Shown: positions 24,320 to 37,727 of the stretch, piece by piece
How positions within the stretch are numbered: the stretch's first letter is position 1
Layout of the letters: every line of letters begins with the position of its first letter
Source: Phoronis australis
Taxonomy: Eukaryota; Animalia; Phoronida
Direction of reading: 5' to 3'
Assembly (NCBI GenBank): GCA_002633005.1
Contig: NMRA01000068.1
Location: 1,097,148-1,161,147 of the forward strand
DNA: 64,000 bases
The notes under the pieces: generated by a model
Seen by the model: only the letters and a program-made list of their open reading frames with translations
What the model was told of the DNA's origin: nothing
Databases searched by the model: none
Position numbers and translations under genes: made by a program

Positions 24320-25809
24320 TAGCCAGTTCATGAAGGGTATATTGACAAGGCATGTGATTTATAGTCATCATTTAAGTACTGGATATAATGTGCATCATTT
24401 AATGTGCATTATGATACAAGTGGCCTAGTAGTTGTGTTTGGTTTTTATTATTTCCAGGCAGACATGTGTACATAACTTTATTACAAATGTCTGCAGCTGT
24501 AATGTCATGGCCCAGTCATTCCTCCACACAAGTAGTAGTTAAATGGTTTCAGATCTTGTGTATTACACTTTGCTAATTGAGCATATCTGTGCCTTAATCT
24601 TAAGTCTCTATTACATAACTCAAGTGTGTATTACATATCCAATAAAGCATGTGTGCTTGCCTACATTGTCCTGATATCCCCAGAGGATACACTAGAGGCT
24701 GCTGCTTGGTGGTTGAATGTTGTAGCTAGCATATTCAATTGGCAGATATTTTTGACACTCAGTTTGTCTGTAGGCTGTTTTCTCTATAATTATGTCCAGT
24801 CTGACTTGTCAAGGTTAGCTGGTCTTGGATAGGACGAGTTTGACTTTTAAGTGTCTGTGGATGGGGGCGTGGGGTCCAGGGATGCATATGCTGCGCCCTG
24901 TCTGTCACAGCTCTTTGCAATCACTTCAAAGTGTATATTAACCGAGTTCCAACGTTAATGATTTCTCAAAATTAGAGTTTTTTAACTCTATTATTAATGC
25001 ATAGGGCCTACTATGGCAGTGTTTCCAAGTCAACATTTATAGGCTGCACAGTGACCCAAATCAATGTGACGTAGATTCGACATCAACTGTCACCAGGACA
25101 TAGTGTTCATCTAATTGTAGACTTCAGACCCTCAGGTGAAGTCACCTATTAACCTAGATAACCAAGTGGTGTAGTGTTGACATCTGAGCCTGATCTGTGT
25201 GTCTGCTGTCTGGTCACACACCTGGCCAAGTCTGAGGTGTTTAGTTCAGGTTGTAGGTGATTCACAACTTTGCCTCGTTTCAAACAGATTTGACTTACGC
25301 TGTGCCCCCTAGTGGCCTTTTTACTTTATATATTGTGTGGTACTACGTAATATACACCCCTACAAACAATGTGCAGTGCTGTTGTGGGTGCATTGCAATG
25401 CTTTGGCTTGCTCTTGTTGTCATTGGTGTCAAGGTTTGCTTCCTCCAATACTGTGAATCCCCCCTCCTCTGTTATGTGTCCAGGCACACACTTATCCCTA
25501 AAGCCTTGCTTCTGTGATGAAAATAGACTGAATTTGAACTTCTCCTTCAGAATACATGTTTGTTGATTATTGTATAACTAGGGCTGGGCAGTGCTCATTA
25601 TTTACTCGTTTTTAATCCATTGAGACTTGTTGTGAAATTGGTTTTTGAAATGAGAGATCTTGTCTGCAAATGCTTATTTTTTATTGGCAAATGATTGTTG
25701 TGGCAGCTTAGCTGGCAAGGTCTTCCTAATTACGTGGCGACTTAGTTTTTATAATTAACATCTTTAGTCTTTATCACAACACTCAACAGTACTGTTCTGG
25801 ACATTCTTT

Positions 25810-26203
25810 AGTTCCAGCCACACACAACCTACCCTAGAACAACTTGCACTGGTGCAACTCACCCCAGTGTAAGTGGAACGTCCACACACACACACATATC
25901 CAATAACTAGGGTAAGGCAGAAGTTGTCGCTCTGCGCGTGTACTCCGCGCAAAAGAAAATCCGTATGTATATGTTACTGCACCTGATTATTACTTCTGCC
26001 CTATACCACTTTTGCAGCCACACAGCCATTTCATGTGATGCAAGTTACTTTAGAACAAGTAATCCCATCTCCATAATGACCAGTAAGTTGTCACAAGTGG
26101 AGTTAGTTGTACCAGTATAATGGCAGTCTCCACAGCCTCCCATCCTAGTAACAATTGTTTCCAGGAGTAACTTGTTTTAGGCTAAGTCTGTGTGGATGGC
26201 ACT
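25810..26203. mobile_element. PIF/Harbinger-like MITE, copy 1
   Basis: Colinear with 40960-41361 (ctagaacaacttgcact.gtgcaact...ctgattattacttctg...ccaggagtaacttg). Confidence 0.75.
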
Positions 26204-26924
26204 ATTGTGATAAACCAGTTGAAGGTTTTCTGTAAAAATGGTGCATCTCAAACAAGGAGTATCATGTGTGCTGTTTATTTGTATAACACTTAAGGCAAAC
26301 TGTTCATTTCATTACAACACAGCATGCTTTGATCAATCTCAACATAGTCCTTTGGGCATTTCCAAAGTTCTTGTGCACACTCTGATTAGTCATAGTCAAG
26401 ACTTTGTAATAGACTGTCCTGAATGTATAATCTACTAACCAGTTCCTGTAAACAGGTATTTATTTGACTTTTTAAGCAAAAAAGTGTTTTGTGACCTGTG
26501 GAGCATTCTGATTTTGATCTAATTTTCAATTGCCTTCAATGGAGAAGTCAAATGTGCCTTTTGAAGCACTGTCTACAACATACAAATGTATCAATGAGTT
26601 AAGCTCCTTAAATGTAGACACTGTCTGTCGTAACAAACATTATAAGAAAACTTTACCTAGTAAGAATAATAACACTTTGTTTTTGTATACCTGACATCAA
26701 TAAACTTGTGGTGACAGGTAAGGCTTGTTGGGATTAGAAACAAAGTTGTCTTGACTGAGGTTTGGGTGGACCAGAACTACTCATGTTCCTTGACCAGCAG
26801 TTGCCAGTCCGTGGTCTTCCATATTATGATCATGTAATAGAAAACACTCTCCGTACAACTCTTAAGCATTGTAAGAGCATAAAAGCTTTTTTCCAGGTGT
26901 GCATTAAGGAATATGATACTAACT

Positions 26925-27426
26925 TAGCTTCTGTATGAGCGGAGCGTCGATGCAGACTCCGAAGTTAATTGAAACGTTCATTTCAACTTGGGTAGTTAAT
27001 GGCATCGAAGTAAACGGTATGTGACGCTGTCCTCGTTGAAGTTATCATAGGGTATCACTGACGCATCCCGTGCGTGCAAAGATTTTTTTAATGTGACAGT
27101 TCGAGAACATTTACGTGTGCTACTAGTTAACATAGAACCTATTTCTAATTGGATTGGTTATTATTCAGTGAAATATGAGCAACTATTAGTGACAACATTG
27201 CTCTTAAATTGTTGACAATAGCAGCAGCCCCTGGCGATAACTTCCATGAGACTGGAGTTGACCGTTCATACCGCACCACAGCGTCGATGCTCCACTGTTA
27301 AATCCACCTGTTTACTGCGAAGTTAACTGGCACTGTTATCTTTGATCCAGGACCGAAGTTAACCATTCATACTGACCGCAACTCCTCAAAACATTGACGT
27401 GTCGACGCTTGTATGAAAGGGCCTTT
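26925..27426. mobile_element. Decayed Harbinger-like MITE remnant
   Basis: CpG-rich island in a CpG-poor intron; repeated agcgtcgatgc, cgaagttaa and ttcatac motifs; ends gtatgaaagggcc|tta. Confidence 0.45.
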
Positions 27427-30399
27427 AGATGGTCTAAATTGATGGGCAAATTGGAATTTCTTTCACTGAGGATATTTTGATATGATGGAATTTTTGGGTT
27501 AAAGCAACTATTAAGCCTACCTTCCATGACAAAAAACTTTTGCTGTAGACCACTTACCATTATGGAATTGGCCTCAAATTGTTCTTTAGACAAATTGGAG
27601 GTGATTTCTGGGCTTCAAATGAGCTGACAGTTCGTTATTTTTTCTAAACAAGCTCATAAAATATCAGGTCATATGAGCTTGGTATGAAGAAACAAACTGT
27701 CGATTCTTCCGAAGTACAGAGAGCATTTCTATACTGAGTAACGAACAAGATAAAAAATTACAGCAATTGCATAAATCAAAACTTTTTTTATGGAAAACAT
27801 GGACTTAATGTCAGGTTGGTTAATATATGAATATATGTTTATAACTGGCTTAAATAAACCTTTTTGAAAAAAGCAGGTTTAATGCCAGTTTGATCATTAG
27901 AACATACCTATGACATTGACACTTTACAGCATGATGGTGGAACAGAATATTTTGAAAATGCTGGGAAATCCCACTACATTAAATTTACATTATACACAAA
28001 TTCAGGAGACTATCTCCAACTGCCCTATCGCCATCTAGTGACCAGCCAGGCAAAGCATATTTTATCATGCATTGGGAAAATAGCAATTAACACGTTCTTT
28101 ATTGACGTCTTGGTTCAAAGTTGGTTTCAACCTTGCATGGATGACTGCAAGTCTGTTGATCTAATCAAATTAGTGTCTTCTCAAGCACTAGCAGATGTAA
28201 TTAGTTAGTGATAGAGATGTCTTATCCAACTGAAAATCTGTTTCTGGGGAGCTTTGCATTTCACATTTCATGAAACTGGTAAAATCTCACCAATTTCGGA
28301 TAAAATAATTGCCAAAATTGACCTTTTTGATGTTTTCAAAACCTAATGCTGTGAGAACCCACATTTTTTAGAAATATTGTCTGATAGTATGTAACTTGAA
28401 AATGGTAGAGCATTAGTTTGGTACTAATTTTGTATTTGAAAAAGTGGTAAATTTCACATTCCCTGCTTTATTGTTTTCTGAATTCTTGAGATTTTACTGC
28501 AAGACTGAGATCATTTTGAATTGATTTGGACATTAGGCAAAAAGCATAATTGGTGGGGTCTGTGTTTTTTTTTGTGTTTTTTGAATATCACGTAGGTGGT
28601 GCAGTATTTTCAGTAGCTCACTTTCTCAAAACAAAAGAAAATTCATCTGAGATGAGCGAAAATGATGAAATGTCCTTTTTACTCATTGTTTGGCAAACCA
28701 TGGCATTTGAAACCATGCTGTTGTTCCTTTATACAACTTTTCAAAAATAAACATGGAAGTGATAAGACGAGAAGTTTTTTGGTTGGTGAGTGCTGATCAC
28801 AAAAGATGCCAGGTAGAGATCAGAACCAGCTATGTTTTTGGCCGTATCTCAAACTAAAATAAAGAAAAGATCACTGACAGAAATTTGATTACAGGTGCCT
28901 TTTGGGACTTTGATAAGATTTAGTGCCTTTGTGTGCAGGAATATTTATGCTTGGATTTAACATTTTCAAGACTTGTTTGTTATTGTTAAACAGGCATAAA
29001 CTATGCGTACCTGAAAAAAGGTGATGTTAAATTTCTTCTGTTTTCAAAATATGCTCAGTTTTGTGTACACTAACAGCTTCTGGAGAATGTGGAGGTTAGC
29101 TTGGCAGTAAATGTTTTTCTTGTGGTCTTCACACTGGTTAGACACGAACAAATTGTTTGGATGGGTGTTAGGTCTAAATGTGAAGATCAATATGGTGGAT
29201 CCATCTTGTTATATCTAAATGGGAACATATAATATTGTGTATACCCATGAGAACAAATTGTGTGTGGGGGAGGGGGAGGGGGGGTCATGTTAGCTTAAAA
29301 TGTGACATGTCTGGGTCCACTTTAGGTCTTAATGGGTTGCATTCTTACTGTCTCTAAATATGAATGCATTAATGATTGCTGGGTCTAAATATGAATGTAT
29401 GTCGTGTTATGGTTAGGTCTTATTCTTCATTCCTCATGTCTTCTAATTGCTCAGCAGCTTCACACTAAGTAAACTACTTTTGCCTGGTAACTGGGGTATG
29501 GACATAAATAGCCTGACATTGATCATAGACAGTGTGTGAAAATTTATGTCCTGATCTGATTGTTGAAGAGTTTACCTGCTTGTAATGCTTAAATACAGAT
29601 CTATTCCAGCTGCAGTATATTCAGTCCTTACATGAGACATTCATACAACATTCCTGTTGGTCACCACACTTTCAACTGTTGTATTCTCATATCTGTTGTT
29701 GTGCTAGTCTGTTATCTCTTTGTTCTCTATATACCACAACTGTTTGCTGTTGAACAAAGTAGATGTTTGACAACTCATATATGGAGGTAACTGGTCCACT
29801 CACAAGATGTTTGCTTCTACAGCTGGCTGTATACACTGGTCAATTGATTCAAGCTTATCCAATAAGAATATAGTAACCTAAAGTAAACTATTTGAACTCA
29901 GTGGGAATGCACAACAAAGTAATGAAATAGGATATCTGAGGATGCAATGTTTTGACAGATCCAGAATAATATAGTATGTGATAAGCAGACATGACAACAG
30001 CCCATTGGTACATGGGAAAGCTATTCCATAGGTTAGCACCATGACCCATTATAGATTTTGAGAATTTAATTCCAACCCAATGCTTGATTTGGCAACCTGC
30101 AGGTCACCAATGTGTCAATGCGACCTCAAATTGTGTTTGGCGACTTGGGAAAAGCCCCAATGTCACAAAGTCAGAAAATGATTAGCCCGAAACTTGTTTC
30201 AAAGTTTGTGTTGACTTACAAACTTTAAATTACTAATAGTTTTCTTAGATTTAATACCTTTGGTTCACAACTGTTCCGTTTATTTTGTGAAATCAGTGCA
30301 TTTACCACCTCAGCAGTCAGCACACATCAAGCCCACTTAAAAGGTTCCTGAAGTACAATAACATCCATTTTTAATGTAATTTAATTGATGAATTAAGTC

Positions 30400-31130
30400 T
30401 ATATTGTAGGCGTCCTCAGCTGATCGTCCCCAATACACTGCATATAATACTACAAGGTATGACACTCGGGACTAGAAATTCCATGGGTTCATCGATTCAG
30501 CCGTCCATATCAAACACATATTTCAATAAATTTACACAAAACAGGGGTTCAACAAACCATGAGAAATTGTTCTTTCTTATCATACCATTCACGGTGTCCT
30601 GCTCCAGTGAGTTCGCAAGAAATTCGCTGTCAAAGCACAAAAATGTTCCCAGAAAGCCCAAACACACTTTGCACTTTATTGGTTCGAGGTCAAGGATGGT
30701 ATGGAAATTGCCTGTTTGTCGCGTAAAGTCACGATGTTGATAACACCGTCCATCCGTAATTCATCTGTAATTTCCGTACCGGTCTCTCCACAAATTGCAA
30801 CAACAAAACATGTTCTGTATTTGAGGTATCACTGTGCAGTACCAAGTGTTGGTCTATAGCTTGAGGTCTATTGTGTTTACTGTTCCTACACAAGGTGGGG
30901 CAGTAGTGCTTAGTTTTCCAATTTTTGCTTTGCGGACCTCTAGCGCTTGTCCACTGAACAATTATTCTGAAATTTTGTTTGTGGATAGATCTCATCAGGA
31001 GCTATCCGTTTCTTGCTACAACTTATGGTTCTTAGTAGACTTGAGACTTTCTGATAATTGATCATTCCTCACTTTCTTCTTCCTTTGACAAGTTGTAGGT
31101 TACAGATGTTTACTATATCTTGTCAACAGG
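30400..31130 (-). mobile_element. Penelope-like retroelement relic (deleted, frameshifted)
   Basis: - strand fragments IVNI..YNLSKEEE..LSESLK (like the VVNLS..Ls..E..lLsKGLkF N-terminus), then HSDTSN...CGETGT...LRM (GIY-YIG-like) and a terminal GRLNR. Confidence 0.45.
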
Positions 31131-31409
31131 TGAAGATCTGTGGTCTTTGGTTGAAATTATACACATGGTGGCGCTGTTGCAGCTATTTTTTATTTTTCTG
31201 TTCACCGAACCAAAAGTCTCACATTCTTTGGTCAATCTTTCTAAAACTTTGAGTGTGAATAGGTCTTTTCAAGGGGTATCAGGAATGGGCATCAGTTACT
31301 ACTAACTACCATTTTGCTAATTATTCAAGGTGTGCAAATGACTGCTGTATCATTGACTAATTTTTATTGTATGGTTTACCATCGGCCAAACAATGCTATG
31401 TTAGTAAAT

Positions 31410-31560
31410 CTTCATCTTCATCGTCACTGCCATAACCACCATGATGACGACCACCATCACTAGCACCATCTCCACCACCATGACCACTTATGACGACGAT
31501 CACCATCTCCACAACCATCAACTCCACCACCGCCTTCATTACATTCAGCCATTATCATTT
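31410..31560. repeat. (CAC/CAT/GAC)n trinucleotide low-complexity tract
   Basis: Directly visible; an additional (cccacatcac)n run lies at 31818-31872. Confidence 0.85.
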
Positions 31561-34500
31561 TAATTCAGTTTCACCAAATGTCATTCTCTAGAGTGTTTTC
31601 ATAATTGTTTTTACAAAATGAAAGTACTCTTGAGAGCTCAATTAAAATTGAGGAAGGCCCTTGAATCAATACATTGATTATGTAAGTTAAGATATCCTTT
31701 TGCCTGGTTATGGATTGTACTATGTAATGAATGTGTTTCTGAGCTTGCTGTCTAGACCTGCTTGTTACTGTATACATAGTGTGGTCAGAACAAGCATGAA
31801 CGTCTTGTGCCTCAGACACCCCACATCACCCCACATCACCCCCACATTATCCCACATCACCCCAAATCACCCCTACTCCATCATGGCAGTTGTTTCAGTC
31901 ACCCAAGTGGCTTTAATGTCAACTGACTGATGGTGAGCCACTAACCATGTACCTGCTGTGCTCATCTGAGCAATAACAGTGGGGCTAACATCTGCTGTAT
32001 TCAGTCTTTGAAACTGAACACTAATGATTTGGTCCCTCCCTGTGGAATCCATGTTTTACTAACATGTTGTTAGTCATTCTGCCTTGTAATTGTTTGACAA
32101 ACAGAGATTTTGCATAGCTGCATACATATACAGAAAGGTCAGTTTGTGTGTTTCGTGGTTGTAAAGAAGAGTACAAAGATTGAGTGAAAAAGACTTGGGG
32201 AGACAAGTCTGCTTTATTGGTGTAGAGGGTGTAGCTGGGCTTACAAGTCTGGGACGAGACTCACACCTGGCTAATATGGAAATATGCCACGTTTATGCCA
32301 AGAACTAGAATTTTGCTTCATAAAAGAGGGGTTAAATCATGACCCGTATTAATCCTTCATCAGGAAAAATCTACCCAAATTGTATTCTATCATCCTGCCA
32401 AGTGCCCACAGTTTTCCATTTGATGAACCCTTGAATCAGTTTGTTTTGTGTCATGTCCTGGGCTACATCTCCGTAATCCCTTGCATGATATTTGTGAAAT
32501 GTGACAAGCTCTCTCCTGCAAATGTGACAACAAAAGACAAGGACTTTCATGCTACATGCCCCTAGAGGCTATTTTAGTTTTTTTTGCGTTTTCTGCTCAG
32601 TATATTCAGAGTTCGTAATGACAAATTTTCTTGAAATTTGGAAAATAGGTTCCCATTGAGGAGACGATAACAGCTATCTTCAAACTGATTAGACATCGAT
32701 GTATTGTGTGCCACCTAATAGGCATCTGTATTATTTTTGAGTTTGCTTTTAGCATCAGCACCAATTCGTCAAACTGTTCAAAATATCATCAAGAAAATTG
32801 GTAGATGTTTTGTTTCCACAATGCTTAAGTTCTATGCAGAACATTTTATGTAATGTAACTGAACTTTGAGTGTTTGAAAAAAATTAGGATTTATAACAAT
32901 TTACCAATGCCACCGTGCCAGTAAGGGAATTCATTAGAAAGGTGGAGTGTTTAGAAAAGCATGCTTCTTGTTAACCTTGCACCAGAATTAGGCAAAATTA
33001 GCTCATGTTGCAAACACAGGTGAACACCTAGTAGTTGCTTGTTTTGTTTTACTATGGCTCATGTGTGACATTAAACATTTACAATGACAAGTCTTCACAA
33101 GCGGTTTTTGTTCAAAGCATTGTAGGGAGAGTAAGAACTTTAGAAATTCTCCAATTTAGGATTGTGAAAAATTAATTATTTTGCTCAAGGTCCAAGCTTG
33201 TCCCATATTCTAGAAATAACCGATATTGGTCGTCCCAATTTGAAGAATCGAAAGAAAGAAGGTAAAATTACGCACTGCGTGGATTGAAAATACATTGTTC
33301 GAAATTTGGGAAATATGGTGAATGCCAAAATCGCCCTTGTCTCAATTTCCGGAATCAAGAAAAGTAAAATTTTCTGTGAGTTTCTGTGTCCCAAATTCTA
33401 GAGACTGTTCCAAATTGGAGAAAGTTTTCGTACTATTTTTGTGTTCAGTGATTAATGGTTGTTATGGAAACTAATCTTGAGATGTCTACTATATTTTGTT
33501 AGAGCAACTATAAACCTGCATTCCATCACAAAAATCAGTTTTTTATTTAGACCACTTAGAGGTATGAAATTTGTTTCAAATTTCTCTGTTAAGTCAAAAT
33601 TAGTCTGATTTCCAGTCTTGGATATCCATGACAGTCCGTTGTTGGTTGAGACCAAAATCTTCAAGTTGACATGTCACAGCATGACATTTCACTCCTCAGG
33701 AATAACAAACTGTGACTTTTTTGAAATACCAACGTCACTTCTCCAACAAACGAACGAGAATGTAAAGACCAATTTCATAGTGCTCACTGATCTAAAGAGA
33801 ATTTTTTGTTGGGTTGCGTGTGATTTTGTTGCTGCTTTAACTTTCTGAAAATGCGTGGTTTGTTGGAAGAGTCGTGTTTTCTGCATCAATAAATTGATCC
33901 CTTGTGTGCTTTCTTTAGAGGTTGGATAAGCACACAGCCAATGAGTGAGATGAATCACAAAGACAGGCTATTTAATATCTGGCCATCCATCACCCACATA
34001 TTGGTATGATAGTGGCAGGTCGTGAATCAAACCACTGACCCAAAGCATTTCACTGTGGATATTTTAAAAGCATCATTCTTTATACCTAAACAGATTGCTT
34101 TGTTAAATATCTTGATTACATTCACTAATGTACATCATGGCTGGTTATTCACACTTACCTCAAGTAGTTTTCACCAGTGGTAGTTGACTCTCGGTTGTGA
34201 GAGGCATGTAATCAAGCAGCATTATTGAATTTCTAACTGCCATTTGGAAGCATTAATCTGTGTTAAAGTGCCATATTTTTAAGCCAAACTCAAAGCACTG
34301 TAAAGATGTAAGGGCATTCACTCTATCAATAACTGACCCCCTTAAAGAAGTGAAGCCCAGTTTAAAACTGGTGCTGTTTTTGATGGTTGTTCTTGGTGTT
34401 ATCTCATTTAGAGTGTAAAATTTTAGGATCCATCCTTCAATCAATATTCAAATTGGTGTTAAATGTCAGACTTAATCCGCTGAAATAACAGACAATACAT

Positions 34501-34959
34501 ATATTGTAGGCCAGACTTTACTGTACTTATTAATAAAACAAATTTAAGTACCTCTGTCTAAGATTTGTCTCCATGGTTGTGTGTACAGAGATGATGCATA
34601 TCCTAGACACAGTTCACAAGACACTGAACCCTATTGAAGACATTCTCAGCCTTTGAAGTGCTGTTGTCAACTGAATCACTTTAGACTCAAATAACTTTGA
34701 TTAGGTAGAAATCCATGTGAAAACTTAGCTGTGACAGAAGGTACTCCATGGCTGGATCAATAGCAGCAAACTGTAGTATGTTGAATTGTGAGCTGTTGAC
34801 AAATCAGTGATTGATAATCATATTGGTCTAAGATTTATCATAATTCCAGCCAATAATAAAGAGATTTTTGGAAAAAAATCTGAACAGCTTGAAATAAAAC
34901 CCTAAAACCGCTGAACACCTGGAGATGTATTGTGCTAGTCTATCTAGTGTCTCAGGTCT

Positions 34960-35240
34960 GTGATCACTGTGTCTGGTCTATGAGCAACTTGTTCATTGTC
35001 CAACTAGTGATCATATTATCTGGTCTGTGAGCAACTTGTTCAATGTCCAACTTGTGATCATATTATCTGGTCTGTGAGCAGCTTGTTCACTGTCCAACTT
35101 GTGATGGTACTGTCTGCTCTGTGAGCAGCTTGTTCACTGTCCAACTTGTGATCGTACTGTCTGGTCTGTGAGCAACTTGTCCACTGTCAACTTATGACCA
35201 TTCTATTTGGCCTGGGAAGCAGCCTGTTCACTGTCCAACT
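34960..35240. repeat. 47-bp minisatellite, about 6 copies
   Basis: tctggtctgtgagca(a/g)cttgttca.tgtccaacttgtgatcatatta at 35019, 35066 and onward. Confidence 0.92.
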
Positions 35241-36437
35241 TTCAGTCATATTGCTTCCTTATCTTGCTCAAACTAAGGCTTTGTTTCTTTCCATGTTATT
35301 CAGGATGATTCTGTTGCAATGGTGTATGTGTAAAATAGTAAAATCGATGCCTTTTACACCGAAAGCTTAAGAGTGAGGACAATTGTTAAATATCTTTTAG
35401 GTCTATACTTTCTCATGTCAGCAATCTGACTTATTGCTTTTGAGCCTTGAAGTTTTCATTAAAATTCCATGAAGGTGTGTAAACCTTTTGTCATTTGGAA
35501 GGGAGGAATGTGTCAACTTTGCCCCAGTTCCCATAGGGAAAAAACTGACTGCGTTAGAGTTTTAGGTGCTAATTCATGAAATATTGTCAATTCTAACCAA
35601 ACGATATTGTCCAAGTAATGATGCGATGTGGAATTTTTCGTTTTCATTCAGTTTACTTAATGTGACCATTTGAACTTTGCAGCTATTGATTAGTTACATG
35701 GCTTGTGGGCATTGTGAGCTCTAAAACATTATTTTCCAGGATGCACTATATATAATAGTGACCATATCTGCCTATGGTGTGGAGTCATTAGTTGCACTAA
35801 GCCTTTAGAATAACAAATCCCTCTGAGCTGATCATAAGTGGCTATTGATAGCTGGAGTTAAGTACAGCCTGGGGTACAATGTGTCTACCTGTATGAATAC
35901 TTGGGCAGCCTTCCTGTGGAAATACAAGATCACCTAACAATCCACCAAATGTTGTATGCATTACAACTAAAGCACATGATCACATCAAACTTTTTCATGA
36001 GTGTCTACGGAAGGCAGCCATGGACCCAAGGTCTGGTCTTTTAAATTATTTTCAGCATTTCCATTCCTATTTTGTGCAGATTCAAGACAAGTGACTATTA
36101 TTCAGTGCTCCAGTGCAGTGTGGTTTAAGTGCATGACTGTCAGATCCTAACTTGCATTTGATGATCCCAGCATTAACACTACATGTTGGAGCCTGCACTT
36201 TAAATTTTACTTGAAATTTGGAGTTTTTACTCAAGATTATACCTCAAATCTAGGGGTTTTGAAGTGTAAACTAAGACTAAACACTGATCACCAAAAACCA
36301 TAACATACACAGAATAGACACTTGTCTTGAATTTGAACAAAAGCAAATCTTAAATTGGTGTACATCTCATATACGTCCAGTTACTTAAATATTTTGCATG
36401 TATGCTTGTTTTACTTCTGAGCATTTTTTACTTGTAG

Positions 36438-37391
36438 GTTTCTGTGAGCCAATCACAAGCCTGCGTGTCCAGCAGAGCTACGTGGCTCTCTCAGGCAACC
36501 TGAAGGTGGCGTTCACACTGGCTTTGGACACGGTGAAGGGCTCGTACCAAATCCACCTGCGGGAAGTTGGGCACAATACGACACTATTGACTCAGTATAC
36601 ACCCCATGGCTCTATCGAGGGCCAGGTCACATTCCCCTGCGGTGCCATAGATCATGGAGGGTATTTTGAGTTCAAAATGAAGTATGGTAGTGATTGGTTG
36701 GTAACATCCAATCAGTTGCTAGTCTTCTGGCCGGCCATAGTCTTAAAGGTTCCCAGTGTGCTCACAGCCTTGACAAGCTCAGTCAGTATTGAGGTCGTTT
36801 CTACGGGAGCTATATGTGGGTTACCACACAGTGGCTCACGGTATTTCTTCGAGTTGATCTTCTCAGATGGAAAAAAGAAGGAGTATGGCGGTTGGCGAGG
36901 TGACATGGGTGATTTTGTTGGGGTGGAAAGACGTAATTTTCGAATACCCTGCGACATGTTTGACCAACCCGGAGTCTACCAGGTGGCTGTGCGCTGCAAC
37001 AGCAGTGTGAAGGAGGTCGTTGCCGAGAGTAACAATATGACCGTTTCAAAAAGTAGTGATTATGACATAGTTCCCGCAAGAGGCAGTGTTCAGCCCTGCT
37101 CTATCACGGGCGTGTACAACGTGACTTACAAGAGACCTAGGTGTTACCATGCCAGTGACTTTATTCGCCTGTATTCTATTAAAAAAGACTTGGAAAGCTC
37201 AATTAACTCCCCTGCTGTTAAAAAGAAAGTGCGCGAAAGACGCGTGAAAAAGAAACACCATTACACGCAGTTCAAATGCAAGTTGTTTCGCAAACACATT
37301 CAAACTTACTGCTTCGTTTACGTGAGCATAACTAAGACAGGCACAGTAGTGACACATTATGAGAAGTGTATACCTTACGAGGAAGGACCAG
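36438..37391 (+). CDS. THSD1: gogo/THSD1-like receptor, exon 2 (GOGO/THSD1 N-terminal Cys domains)
   Basis: ttttacttgtag acceptor and G|gtaagt donor; 954 nt. Motifs YVALS, G.v.FpC...GG.f.F, L.V.WP, F.C.LF....YCF.y match the THSD1/Gogo ectodomain. Confidence 0.93.
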
Positions 37392-37727
37392 GTAAGTGAT
37401 ATACGATAATCTGTCCTTGTGTAATGGGCGTGGCTCCATCGTGAGATAGTGTATTTACTAACAGTGCCGTGGCAGGGTAAAGGAAAGACAATTGCTCATA
37501 CGTTCGCATCAATTTTTCCCAAATTTCACTTAGATTTGCCTTTGCGAAGTAATTTCAAAGGAAATTGAGTTCACATTAGTGTGCAAATCACAAAATTCCC
37601 TTTACTTGCTTGCACATGAGTAAAGGCTGTCAGTTCTGAAGTATGGTTTATGTTTTTGTGTGTTGCAACATTACTGTTAGTCTTGTTAGATAACTTTGTT
37701 ATCCCCTTGCTAAGGTGGAAGCTTTAT

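Noticed and set aside
36398-36437. ORF-track start MYACFTSEHFLLV as the gogo/THSD1 N-terminus
   Set aside because: It overlaps a clear polypyrimidine/AG acceptor and is not a good signal peptide; the 20887 exon supplies one in the correct phase.
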